Positions 1 through 11,015 of a DNA stretch of 64,000 nucleotides are shown piece after piece. Within the stretch, counting starts at the first letter, position 1, and every line of letters begins with the position of its first letter. The translations under genes and the position numbers were made by a program. The stretch lies in NCBI RefSeq assembly GCF_006345805.1, contig NC_043000.1:78988001-79052000 (forward strand), written 5' to 3'. The notes below the pieces were generated by a model. It was not told the origin of the DNA. It was given only the letters and a program-made list of their open reading frames with translations, and did no database searches. This DNA is from Octopus sinensis (taxonomy: Eukaryota).

Positions 1-420
1 AATGAAAAATTACTTCCAGTTCTGAAGTCTTATTTTTAAATATGTAGTCAATCGTCTCAGTTGTCGAAAAGAATAAATAACCATTAATCTACATTTAGAC
101 ATATCAATAAACGCAACAATACTGAGTATAGGACTTTAATTTGGTCTCTAAAGGAATATAATGAACAATTCGATCTTGAATGAATTATTCTATCTAGATC
201 CTTCCCATATGACAAAGTAAATCTTTCTGCCCGCTCTGTAACGAAGAACAGTTTCTAGTCATTTTTTCGGAGAATACACTTGTAAACACGTTTATCGTTG
301 TAAACTTTGGCAAAACATACCTTTAGTTCCTATAAGTAAATTCTAAAGACCTATAAAATTCGAACTGTAACTGTCATCTTACATTTCATTTTTGCTACAT
401 ATAACTATTTACAGCTACAT
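1..420 (+). mobile_element. Degenerate 3' part of a Penelope-like element (GIY-YIG C-terminal region); paralogous to 52000-52420 (+) and 61000-61810 (-)
   Basis: The paralog at 52030-52260 reads roughly W-x-I-L-S-R-S-F-P-Y...F-C-x-L-C-N-E-E-x-F-L, like the PLE endonuclease C-terminus. The DNA match among the three copies is visible by eye. Confidence 0.55.
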
Positions 421-425
421 ATAAC

Positions 426-675
426 TATGTGGATGCGCGTGGCTAAGTGGTTAGGGTGTCAGCATCATGACTGTGATTTCGATTCCTGGCCTGGGAGACG
501 CGTTGTGTTCTTGAGCAAAACACTTCATTTCAGGTTGCTCCAGTCCACTCAGCTGGCAAAAATGAGTAACACTGAGATGGACTGGCGTTCCGTCCAGCTG
601 AGTCACACATACGCCATAGAAACCGGGAAACCGGGCCCAAGAGCTTGGCTAGGCTTTAAAAGGGCGCATTTATTT
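426..675 (+). mobile_element. tRNA-derived SINE with central CCAGTCCACTCAGCTG domain; copies at 52429-52680 (+) and 60750-61000 (-), related to 24830-25050 and 33458-33755
   Basis: A-box-like GTGGCTAAGTGG and B-box-like TTCGATTCC, shared body, repeated in the window. Confidence 0.75.
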
Positions 676-699
676 ATTATTTTAAGTAAGGCAAAGCTA

Positions 700-1000
700 T
701 AAAATATGGCTTTATCGTTATAGAATATGGCTTTATCGTTATAGAATATGGCTTTATCAACATTAGCAATCTTGAAAGTGTAAGTGAAATATTTCTTGTT
801 ATAGCCCTTGAATGGTAACTGAAGGAGCTAACGTATTTTAACTTTGTTGATGGTTTATGATATGAGGAAGAAGAAAAATAACATAAGTTAAAGGTGATAT
901 CTAAAATGTTGGCTTTAGTGATGTTATCATCGAAAATAATAATGAAGCCCATATTTCGGAAAATTTAACCAACCTGTTTTTAATCCTTTGTAATGTTTGT
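700..1000 (-). mobile_element. PLE reverse transcriptase C-terminal fragment
   Basis: ORF 677-952 (NILDITFNL...YHKPSTKLKYVSSFSYH) aligns by eye with the PLE ORF at 48432 (NYLDVNFNL...YHKINENLRYINVNSNHP). Confidence 0.65.
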
Positions 1001-2030
1001 TCAGAAACATTATGAAAGGGGCTTAGCTATGTGTCCGCCATTATCACCGATAAAAACCAATATATACTTTGAGAATTTGGCTTTAGGATCAACACTACTA
1101 AAACCAACACTATGGCTTCGATATGTTGATGACACCTCTATACTCTGGCCCCACCAGGAAGATGTCCAAGTGCTGTTAGATCATGTTAACTGAATAAAGC
1201 CATCCATACAGTTGACAAAAGGAAAAAGACAATCATCTAGCATTTCTGGACGTATTAATAACACGCACCAAGTATGGATTCAGGACATCCGTATACCGCA
1301 AGTCGACCTTCACTGGACGATACCTCAACTTCAATCCCCACCATCAATACAGTGCATAGGGGGGGATTGCTCAGTGCCTAAAACATTGAGCAAAGAATAT
1401 ATGTAGCGATCGTGATGCACACCATGATGAAATGATCAAACTCATTAACAATCTATTAAGCACCAACTACCCACAAAACATACTATCCACCCCATTTATA
1501 AAGAACAGGGTGGATGAAACCAATAAACTGTCCATTGTCTGTCTACCCTATTTGAAAAGCCTCTCCGGAACGAAACAAAAAATACGCAGCCATATGACAT
1601 CAGGACTGTCTCCAAGAGCAATACAACACTTTGCAAATATCTCCTTCACGTAAAACCACCTATAGTAGAGAATATGACCAAAAACTGCGTGTACTCCACG
1701 CCATGCAGCTGTGGTAGGTTATACAAAGGCGAAACATGCTACCCCTCAAAATAAGGGGAGAGGAACATCGCAAAGCTGAGACATGAGGAGATATTGATCA
1801 ATCGATTATAGCTGATCATGTATGGAAAAATGGAGACTACCTCTCCCCTTGGGCTAATATTAAAATAATAGACAGAGAACACCACTGAAAAATACGAAAA
1901 CTAAAAGAAGTAGCACACATGCTAAGATACAACAACCTCCTAAGCAGACTGAGTGCCAATATGAATATGGAAGCAGGTATTAAGGAAGGATAGGAAAATA
2001 TTAGATTTATAAGCCCCAAAATTCACTACG
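993..2030 (+). mobile_element. Degenerate Penelope-like element (RT plus GIY-YIG)
   Basis: LAMCPPLSPI...WLRYVDDTSILW RT motifs. Downstream DNA encodes CVYSTPCSCGRLYKGET...EEH...IADHVW...KIRKLKE, a GIY-YIG pattern. Many stops and frameshifts. Confidence 0.8.
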
Positions 2031-2310
2031 GGCATATGACGTATTGGTTAAGAACGCGGTCTACTAACCCAAGTTTCCGAGTTCGATTCCAGGCAGTGAC
2101 CTGAATAATAATAATAATATAAATAATAATATCGAAAAATACCTAAGGAATAAGAATCCAGTTCCGAAATTTCGCCAAGATATCTAGTGAATGCTGGAGG
2201 GTATATAGCCGAAACGTGTGCTAACAACAAACAAGATGAGGGCAAATATCCGTCAAATGTAAATAATGTAAAGAATGTACATAATTCCTCATCTATCAAA
2301 TATAGAACAG
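2030..2310 (+). mobile_element. SINE with tRNA-like head, (AAT)n linker and PLE-like tail carrying a decayed hammerhead-like motif; partial copy at ~7146-7290
   Basis: GTATTGGTTAAG and GTTCGATTCC boxes. ATCGAAAAATACCT(A/C)AGGAAT follows an (AAT)n tract at both sites. The tail contains GCTG...AGCCGAAACGTGTG. Confidence 0.55.
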
Positions 2311-2339
2311 AAGAAAAGAGAGCTGATTTTCTGTAGCCC

Positions 2340-3235
2340 TTCAGATATGTGAAGTTGCTTACTGCTTGCAAACGAGCCAGTCACTATATGTCTCACTAAC
2401 AAAAAGTGAAGAAGATGAAAGTGATGTTTGGCGAGAGCAAAAACAGAAATTGCAAACTCTAGCAGGAGTTAAACGCTGTAAGTGAGGATCTCCCACATCA
2501 GAGGAGAATAATCGGAAGAGAAACAATAAACCAAACATTTAACCGGAACCATGTAGCAAAGTACACAAGCATCAGAGAAGAAGCAGTAAACAAATAGAAG
2601 CTTCTTCACCAGAAGTCAGAAACTCCATCTGGAGAAAAATCTGGAGTGAATAGATGGAGTTCAACAGAAACGCTCTGTGATTGGAAGAAATTCGAAGAAG
2701 TTATTTTCCCTGCATTACACCCAAGACATACAGCATTGATAGTGATACTCTTGTGACTGTAAGCCAAAAACTTCAGGATGCAAGAGCACCTGGAAGAGAC
2801 TTGACTTTTGGATACTGGTACAAGAAGATAGCCCTCTATCAACCATATCTTATAAACCTATACCAGCAGGCTCTCCTTGAAAATAGCAGCATACCACACT
2901 GGTTAGATCTGAGAAAGACAAAACTGAAGACCCAAAACAGAACCACCCATATATGAAAAAGTACCGACCAGTATCATGCCACAACTTAATGTATAAAATA
3001 TATGCAACATGTTTAAACCCGTTTCTTCAAGACCATTTTGAATGTTATAACATCGTCACAGCAGAAAAAGCAGCTGGAAAGAAGGGGGTCTTGCGATATG
3101 ATGAACAACTATTGATAGACAAAACTGTAATGTCAGAGGTGCGGGGGTAGAAGAGGAACCTAGTTTCGATGTCACTGGACTACAAGAAAGATATTGAGTT
3201 TCTGCACACATACACAGATACCACAAAACCGGATA
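2340..3235 (+). mobile_element. R4/Dong-like non-LTR retrotransposon fragment (RT N-terminal motifs)
   Basis: ORFs 2681 and 2953: RAPGRDLTFGYWYKK, KYRPVSCHNLMYKIY, KAAGKKG...EQLLIDK, homologous to the 909-aa ORF at 26650. Confidence 0.8.
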
Positions 3236-3753
3236 TAGCACTCTCCGAACATCCCATTTTTAATGTTCAGTTTTGATATCTATTGTTTATTTATTTATTA
3301 AATTTTCTAAAATTATAATTCGAATAATGACATCAAGCTAAATATCTCTTTTAGCCAGAGCTAATCAGCCTATGTTTGGATTTTATTATCTAAAAAATTT
3401 CTTCCCTATATAATTGACATTTACTATCTGAAATTTGTTAAGCTCTGGCATGTCTTACAACTTCATATTTAATCTTATAATTTTTCCCATTATCATTTAA
3501 CATAGATATAAATTTGTTCAAAGTAGTATTGTTGATTTTATGCTAATTTCTAAAACAACTCTCATATTTCGCATATATATATATATATATATATATAAGG
3601 TTAAGTAATTGAGATTCTAGTGAATTCTAAAGAATTCACATGAATATGGTCCTTAACTAGGATGCACCGGATATCTATATGGTTGTTAGCCATACGACAC
3701 GACAAGGTGATTATAAATAGGAAAAAAAAAAGCAACAAGAATGGATTAAAATC

Positions 3754-3837
3754 TCGGTACGATCGTTTCGTACGAGGACATCTTTAATAAGCTACAAAAA
3801 ATGCAGTGAATACAGATGGCTCGTACTCGTCAGCCGA
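3754..3837 (-). ncRNA. Type I hammerhead ribozyme motif (minus strand)
   Basis: Exact reverse complement of 4080-4163. Predicted GUA cleavage between 3758 and 3757. Confidence 0.8.
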
Positions 3838-4079
3838 AAAAATATCAGAGAATTCCCAAACATCAAAAGAGGTAGATATAAAAGATGTTGTAGGATTAAC
3901 TGTAGGATCATACAACTTGATCAAATATCCAATATGAGCTATATGTAGACATGCATAAATTCTATAGGTTTAAAACCTTTCATCAGATCTCCATGAATCG
4001 AACTTTCTTCAATGCAGTTAATCCTACAACCTCTTTTATATCTACCCCTTTTGATGTTTGGGAATTCTCTGATATTTTT

Positions 4080-4163
4080 TCGGCTGACGAGTACGAGCCA
4101 TCTGTATTCACTGCATTTTTTGTAGCTTATTAAAGATGTCCTCGTACGAAACGATCGTACCGA
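4080..4163 (+). ncRNA. Type I hammerhead ribozyme motif
   Basis: Stem I TCGG/CCGA, core CTGACGA (4084-4090), stem II GTACGAG/CTCGTAC extended by CATCT/AGATG, then GAAAC-gatc-GTA with palindrome ACGATCGT. Predicted cleavage after 4159. Confidence 0.85.
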
Positions 4164-4191
4164 GATTTTAATCCATTCTTGTTGCTTTTTT

Positions 4192-4234
<43 letters not shown>

Positions 4235-4276
4235 TAAGAAATGGAGTCAAACGCAGGTGTTATTCAAATCTTTATA

Positions 4277-4365
4277 CTTCCAACATATATTTCGACGAAA
4301 GCATTGATATTATTCCGGAGGGAATAAAAATGACGTAAAACAATGCAATCATCTCGTCAGGAAAA
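4277..4365 (-). ncRNA. Type I hammerhead ribozyme motif, slightly degenerate
   Basis: Minus strand: TTTTC-CTGACGA-GATGATTGCATTG...CAATGCTTTCGTC-GAAA-T-atat-GTT-GGAAG. Position 15.2 is T instead of C and the triplet is GUU. Confidence 0.65.
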
Positions 4366-4962
4366 AAAGAGAGAAACAAAACACATCAACAAGCCATTTT
4401 AACCGAATGTGATTACCGTGTAATATCCTTGGCACTTATGTGAAATTTTGCTACACTGGTAACTATTTATTTTTTCCGTGTTATTTGTACACATTGAGAA
4501 AAAACACATACATTTATATACACTTCTTTAACCAGGTTTCCATATAATCTGCAAATAAAATAGTTACCACATATGAAATTATTTGATATACACATATCTA
4601 TTAAGAATATACCTTAAGAAAGGTTTTCCTTAAACAACTCATTACCAAAACAAACTCATTTATATGGCTTGCTAGAATTTTACAGTTCACTTACAGATTA
4701 TATTTGTAATGTGCGAAATAGCCAAATACGAGACTAGACGCTTCTAGAGTTTGTGTGTATGTATGTGTATGTATGTGTATGTATCTATGTCAGTATACCC
4801 TTGCATTTCCACATTGTCATTTAGGCGGTTATTCACAAAACCAACGGCGTCAATTTATTACTTCGATAAATCTGAATTTATAGTCTGGATATAAAAGCTG
4901 AGGGTTTCGAAACAGTTGTCTTTCTCTTTAATTTTCAAAAACATGTTCACATCTGCAGGGCA

Positions 4963-5203
4963 GCTGACTTTTTTCTTATTTCTTTACTGCCCACAAGAGG
5001 CTAAACACAGAGAGGACAAACAAGGACAGACAAACGGATTATGTCGATTATATCGACCCCAGTCTGTAATTTATTTAAACGACCCCGAAAGTATGAAAGC
5101 AAAGTCGATCTCGGCGGAATTTGAACTCAGAACGTAACGGCAGACGATATACCTGTAAGCATTTCTCCGGGCGTTGATAACGTTTCTGCCAGCTCGACAC
5201 CCT
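4963..5203 (-). mobile_element. tRNA-derived SINE (second family)
   Basis: Minus strand GAGCTGGCAGAAACGTTA...GAGTTCAAATTCCGCCGAG...GGGGTCGAT...GTTTAGCCTCTTGTGGGCAGTAAAGAAATAAG, matching a recalled octopus SINE pattern. Confidence 0.7.
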
Positions 5204-5204
5204 T

Positions 5205-6462
5205 GTATATATAAATTTTCTTGTCTGTAATAAATACCAATATCCGGTCTTTTATGTTTACATTTGATCATTTTGATGGAAATGTTCCATAAATATTCCT
5301 TGCGTTGATGTTTATTCAATAGGAGGAGGTTCTCTAAATTTATTCCATAATAGTCTTTTTCTTCTGATAGCATTGTATATTGTTGTATCGACTATGTTGT
5401 GTCACATAGAGAGCTGGTACTTCGAAGACATATTTGGGCAGCTGCTTACCACGTGGGTGATGTTTTCAACAGAAATGTGACATGCTCTATATTTTCAGCT
5501 CTAAGGTGTCACCCTCTCATTTTTTTGCTGTGAATTTTGTAGCAATCTAGTTCGAAGTCTGATGTGATGTAGCTTCGAAGAATCCAAGGAAGGCTGTACT
5601 TTATGTCAATATTAGTGTGCTTTCAAGTTTTCGAGAAAGGTACGATGCATAGTCTTCGGTGGGGTATGCGGAGCAATTCACGTTAAGGTTTTCTTTCAGA
5701 CATCTGAGTGCAGCTGTTTTAGGGGTTGAATGGGGAGTCGACCTGAAGAGGGTGTTTCCTGAGGATCTCACTACTGACATACAGGATATCGTTCTCTTTG
5801 TTTTTCAGTACTAACATTATGCAAGCGTTGTATGAGATAGACTCTACATTGCAGACTGTCTACACCTATCTCAAGCATCTTCCCACTTCAATTCTTCATG
5901 GATAGAGGCAGCCGATATCACTGCCTCTGTGGAAGTTGCCATTTGATGTTGGGATTTTAATGTCAAAGGAGCGGATTTTCACTACAAACCTGTCAACTAT
6001 TTCACTGGTACTGCAAGTGGATTGTCGGATATTGAAGTGTATGAGGAGAATTCTGCCATATATTTCGAAGTTTATTATACTAATCTCGGACCACTCTATC
6101 TTTATACATACAACATCTGCGTATGATGTGTTTTCATCAAAGCCTAGGTATTTGTACCATTCTTGGTGTGGTAAAGAAGACATAGTGAGACCATTGATGC
6201 ATAAATTATGTGTTTCTTGGGGACTGATTTTCTACGTGAAACCATCAAATACGAACGTTTGTTTTTATTCAAATTGCATTTCTCTGTGAGTTGAAAATGA
6301 TAGCTTCAACAATTTAGTTTTCTCTTTGGCATTTTATAAATCTTAGTATAAATCTTCAGGTTATCCATAAAGAAGTTAAGTGTTTTGTTGGTCAATGAGT
6401 GTGAAAATTGTTCGCCAGTCCTTTGTAATCCTCTCAGTGGCAGTAACTAATGCATCAGGTAC
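5205..6462 (-). mobile_element. Degenerate R4/Dong-like RT core and C-terminal fragment
   Basis: FFMDNLKIY at ~6350-6375 (YMDD equivalent) and WYKYLGFDEN in ORF 5896-6183. The 5' end abuts (CATA)n. Confidence 0.65.
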
Positions 6463-6464
6463 TT

Positions 6465-6740
6465 TGTATGTATGTATGCATGTACATATGTATGTAAATA
6501 TGTATGTATATATGTATGTTATTGCTCAGAACTCTTGCCAATAGAGAAAGATCCGGTTTCTAACCTAGATCTAAGGCTCCTTCATTGGAATTTCAACATC
6601 AAACACAGGGTATTTTTGTATGTATGTATGTATGTATGTATGTATGTATGTATGTATGTATGTATGTATGTATGTATGCATGCATGCATGTATGTATGTA
6701 TGTATGTATGTATGTATGTATGTATGTATGTATGCATCTA
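6465..6740. repeat. (GTAT)n/(CATA)n microsatellite tracts; inverted paralog at 59895-60145
   Basis: Direct reading. Confidence 0.95.
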
Positions 6741-6744
6741 TATA

Positions 6745-7099
6745 TATGTGCAGATTTGTATGTTTTGTCTTATGTACATATTCTCAAGCATATAGTTGCA
6801 TATCTAGACATGCTCATATATATTTAAATGATAAACTTCTGGAAATTTTTGCAGATTTTAAAAGTTCTAGTGATGGATTGGGACAGTAGTCTTCGAATTA
6901 GCTTTCTCCTTTCTGGTTTTGAGAAGCCTAACTTTCTCAAGACTGGTATTTAGGCAATGTCTTACATATCCCAGGGCTCCAATAATTACAGGTAAAAACC
7001 TGAACTTGTAATCTGGATAGAGTAACTGCAGATTTCTCAATAGTTCAGTGTAGGTATCTCTTTTTTACTGATCTTCAGCTTTATGTCAACATCCCGCGC

Positions 7100-7100
<1 letters not shown>
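6745..7100 (-). mobile_element. 3' end of an R4/Dong-like element (RLE C-terminus and 3' UTR) ending in (CATA)n; longer copy at 59305-59895 (+)
   Basis: Encodes LQLLYPDYKFRFLPVIIGALG. The 59-kb copy adds RHDVVARTLY and PDIMI...ISCPADV-like nuclease motifs. Confidence 0.75.
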
Positions 7101-7257
<157 letters not shown>

Positions 7258-7529
7258 ATCGAAAAATACCTCAGGAATGAGAACTCAATATATATTTATA
7301 TATTGTAAATAAATGAATATGCATGGCTTGGTATTTAAAGTTATTGACCTATTGTCTCTTTGAGTACGGCCAATTATGACTCTGGTCTGCTCTACTGCAA
7401 CAAGTGCCAACCAAGTGGCCGGCGCAACTCTCTTTCTAGATGTTATATCCAGAAGACTTTGCAGGGTCAGAGCAGGGAAGGTGGAAGTCATTTTGTATAT
7501 GATCGCCCACAATAGTTGTATATGATCGC

Positions 7530-8230
7530 CCACAAATAAGGACAAAAGAAAATTTCTAATGCCAAATATGCCGAAAAAAAGACAAAATTGTCAATATCCA
7601 TTATAATTTAAGCGTCTCGAAACAAGCCGATAGAAATTTCTAAAAATACCGTTATTATCGTATTGGTCCCAATTTCGGGGTTAATTCAATCACACTGTGC
7701 GATTGCAGCCTGGGCAAGTGTCTTCTTTTCTAGCTCCGGTTCGAGAAATTCTTGTCAGGTTCAATTTATAAATAACTTATGGCCAGCATATCAAAAAATA
7801 CCTTAAAATGTTAAATTGATAACTAACTTATAAAATAAGGTCAAAAGAAAAATTCTAATGCCAAATATGCCGAAAAAAAGACAAAATTGTCAATAACCAT
7901 TGTAATTTATGCGTCTGGAAACAAGCCGATAGAAATTTCTAAAAAGGCCGTTATTACCGTATTGGTCCCAATACGATTCTCTCACTCTGTGAAAGTTTCT
8001 AGTTCGAATCACACGTTTCTCGAGATGTGCCGAAGATTTTCTATTTTGGATATATTTGGGGTACTTAGGTCTGCTCAGGACTTACTGCTTGCTTTTTCCA
8101 TGGGTATGAGTAAGTATTTCATTTATGTCTAACGTATTTATCGCTGAGGAGGGAAACTTTCTTATGAATTAACCCCGAAATTGGGACCAATACGGTAATA
8201 ACTGATTTTTTAGAAATTTCTATCTATGTT
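7530..8230. mobile_element. Nested direct and inverted PLE terminal-repeat fragments; paralog at 14718-15080
   Basis: The unit AATTCTAATGCCAAATATGCCG...ATTGGTCCCAAT occurs at ~7553 and ~7853, and inverted at 8180-8225 and 14920-15080. Confidence 0.6.
8138..8198 (+). ncRNA. Type I hammerhead ribozyme motif with a true helix III
   Basis: TTATCG-CTGAGGA-GGG...CCC-GAA-ATTG(ggac)CAAT-A-CGGTAA. AUA triplet with predicted cleavage after 8192. Confidence 0.7.
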
Positions 8231-8797
8231 AATAGAAATTGATATATATATATTTATAGAAATATAAAATGATTTCTATATTTTCTATCCCTATATAAGA
8301 TACTAAAATTTATTAGAATCCTTAGGAAAAAAACTACCTGAAGGATATTTATTTAAAATTCGCAAACTGAATTATAGCTGTTAAATGGTAAACGACATTA
8401 GAAACCCCTAGAGCATTAGTAGTCTCTATTCTCCCTACTCTACTAACTGTAGCCTACTAACTTTAACCAAAATACATTCAAATATGCCTAAGTTAAATTC
8501 TTCATAATCGGAATGATTTATGGCTCTGACATATGTACTACCCGTTCCTCTATAAATAGAAAAATTCTTGTTTGTTTCCATTGAACGAAACGAAGAAACC
8601 CCCTCCCCCATTGATAAATCTAAATAACAACGTGAACTCAGTGATAAAAAATCTACAGATGGAGAAGGACCTTCTACTACCATGTTCTTAATGATAAAAT
8701 TAACCTCTCTGTCTATATATCTACCCTCTTTCTAATGTTGGCAAATGAAATATGTATAAAAATGTACGTTGTGCATTTAATTAAAAAATTTCTATAA

Positions 8798-8883
8798 GTG
8801 GCTGAAGATTGCTTTACATTTTAAAACTGATGTAATACTTACATTGTTTAATAAAATGAAGTAGCATGAAACGATTGTACTAC
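8798..8883 (+). ncRNA. Type I hammerhead ribozyme motif; duplicate at 53528-53615, decayed inverted copy at ~59168-59256
   Basis: GTGG-CTGAAGA-TTGCT...AGCAT-GAAAC-gatt-GTA-CTAC, with a T.T mismatch at the base of stem II. Confidence 0.65.
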
Positions 8884-9033
8884 ACGACCTTGGATATCCT
8901 TGTTGCTTATTTTGATTATAATCGTCCCATTTGATTTATATGGATAATACCATACCAAATTCTGATGCCTTTAACTTAAGTACCATACACATCTGAATCT
9001 AAATTTTGCTGAACTTATATATACATATATATG

Positions 9034-9083
<50 letters not shown>

Positions 9084-9779
9084 AAGACACAAGCACACAC
9101 ACACATAATTTTGCTGAACATATATATACATATATATGCATACATATATATGTATATATATATACATAAACTCACAAGCACACACACATACACACACACA
9201 TATATACATATTTATATATATGTATGTATGTATTATGTATATGTGTGTGTGTATGTGTGTGTTCATGTATGTATTTTAAAGTCAGTTGGGTTTGAAGTTG
9301 GTGTATTTCTAGAGAACCGGAATACTCTACCCATATACTGGGTTATCAACACTCGGGATCCAAGCCAAGCAAAGGCCGGAATATAACTGATGACGAAAAT
9401 CTACGTTTCACGTCGAATATACCTTCACATGCTTTGGCAAAGAGAAAATGATACAATGAAATTAAAGAAGATAAAGAAAATTCTTTAACACATCTTTAAA
9501 TATTAGTTACACATTTTTCTGTACCGTCTCCATTTGCAACGCCAGTTTACGCAAAAATTATAAATGAAAGGTTACGTAATATATGCGGTTTTTGGCATTG
9601 GAGAGGCGCTAGAAAGACCTGCATCAAAGTTGTGTTATTACAGACGTCATTGTCATGTAAGTATCCGGAGGACATGAAAGTCAGAAAATTAAAACTGTGT
9701 ATGCGGGATGGATCTGTGGGGAAGAAATTATGTGAGGGGCGAATGAAGCGGGTGGATACATGTCAAAATAAAAGGGAGA

Positions 9780-9996
9780 AAGTGAAGGAGAGGGAGGAAA
9801 ACGAACAGAAGCCGAAGGAGAAGAATCGGAAGAAGGGAAGAAAGAAATAGAAGAAGAAAAGGGAGAAGAATCCGAAGAAGGGAAGGAAGAAATAGAAGAA
9901 GAAAAAGAAGAAGAAGAAGAAGAAGAAGAAGAAGATGATGATGATGAAGATGAAGCAGAAGAAGAAGAAGAAGAAGAAGAAGAAGAAGAAAAAGAA

Positions 9997-10044
<48 letters not shown>

Positions 10045-10210
10045 GATGAAGCAGAAGAAGAAGAAGAAGAAGAAGAAGACGAAGAAAGAAGAAGAAGAAG
10101 AAGAAGAAGAAGAAGAAGAAGAAAAAGGAGAAGAAGAAGAAGAAGAAGAAGAAGAAGAAGAAGAAGAAGAAGAAGAAGAAGAAGAAGAAGACGAAGAAGA
10201 AGAAGAATTC
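9780..10210 (+). repeat. Compound (GAA)n/(GAT)n purine-rich microsatellite; shorter paralog at 54400-54680
   Basis: Direct reading. Confidence 0.95.
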
Positions 10211-10978
10211 TAGGTGTGTGACAACTGGTACTGTCAAGGCCATTTTTGACAATGTTCATCAAAGGGAACACTATATAATTAACCACGCAGCGACATTAGA
10301 CGGTGACAACTTAAAGTGAAAAGTTCTAATACGTAAATAACTAGACAATCGTCCGGATGAGGAAGTTAAAGATGTATGTTGTGTTGCGAGGTAAAATTTA
10401 TGATGTTACAATGTTTCGGCACTGGGAGAGAGGTACAAGTAGTAATAGTAAAAGACGATCATACATACAGAAATGTACACAAACACACAGGTACACACAC
10501 ACATACTTGTTGTGGAGCGGTCTGTGTATATCTGTGCAAATATAAGAGTAATCGTCTGAGTATGAGTGCGTGAGCGTGTGATAGTGTCTGTGTACGTGAG
10601 AGAGCATGTGTTTGGGTGCGTGTGTGTGTGTGTGTGTGTGTCCGCGCGTGTCTGCGATCCAAATGTGTATGTGTCTCTATGTGTGTGTTTGTGTATGCAT
10701 GTATATACATCGATACATACAAGACCTCACATACATGTACAAATAAATCTACACACACACACACGCACACGCACAAAATGAAACCCACCCGATCGTAAGG
10801 TGTATCCGTCCATCCATACAAACACGGATATACGCACATACATACGTACATACATACATACATACACACATACATACTACAAACATGCATACACAGATAC
10901 ATTCATACATATATATATATATATATACATGTTTCCGTACACACGCTCATACATACATATATGTACACATATATACAT

Positions 10979-11015
<37 letters not shown>

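Larger units (their letters stand above)
3717..4196. mobile_element. Foldback (MITE-like) element with ~185-bp inverted arms, each containing a hammerhead ribozyme motif
   Basis: 3717-3902 is the reverse complement of 4015-4196, differing by 2 substitutions and an A-run length. The spacer is 112 bp and the right end abuts (TA)n. The terminal ~30 bp recur at ~63068. Confidence 0.85.
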
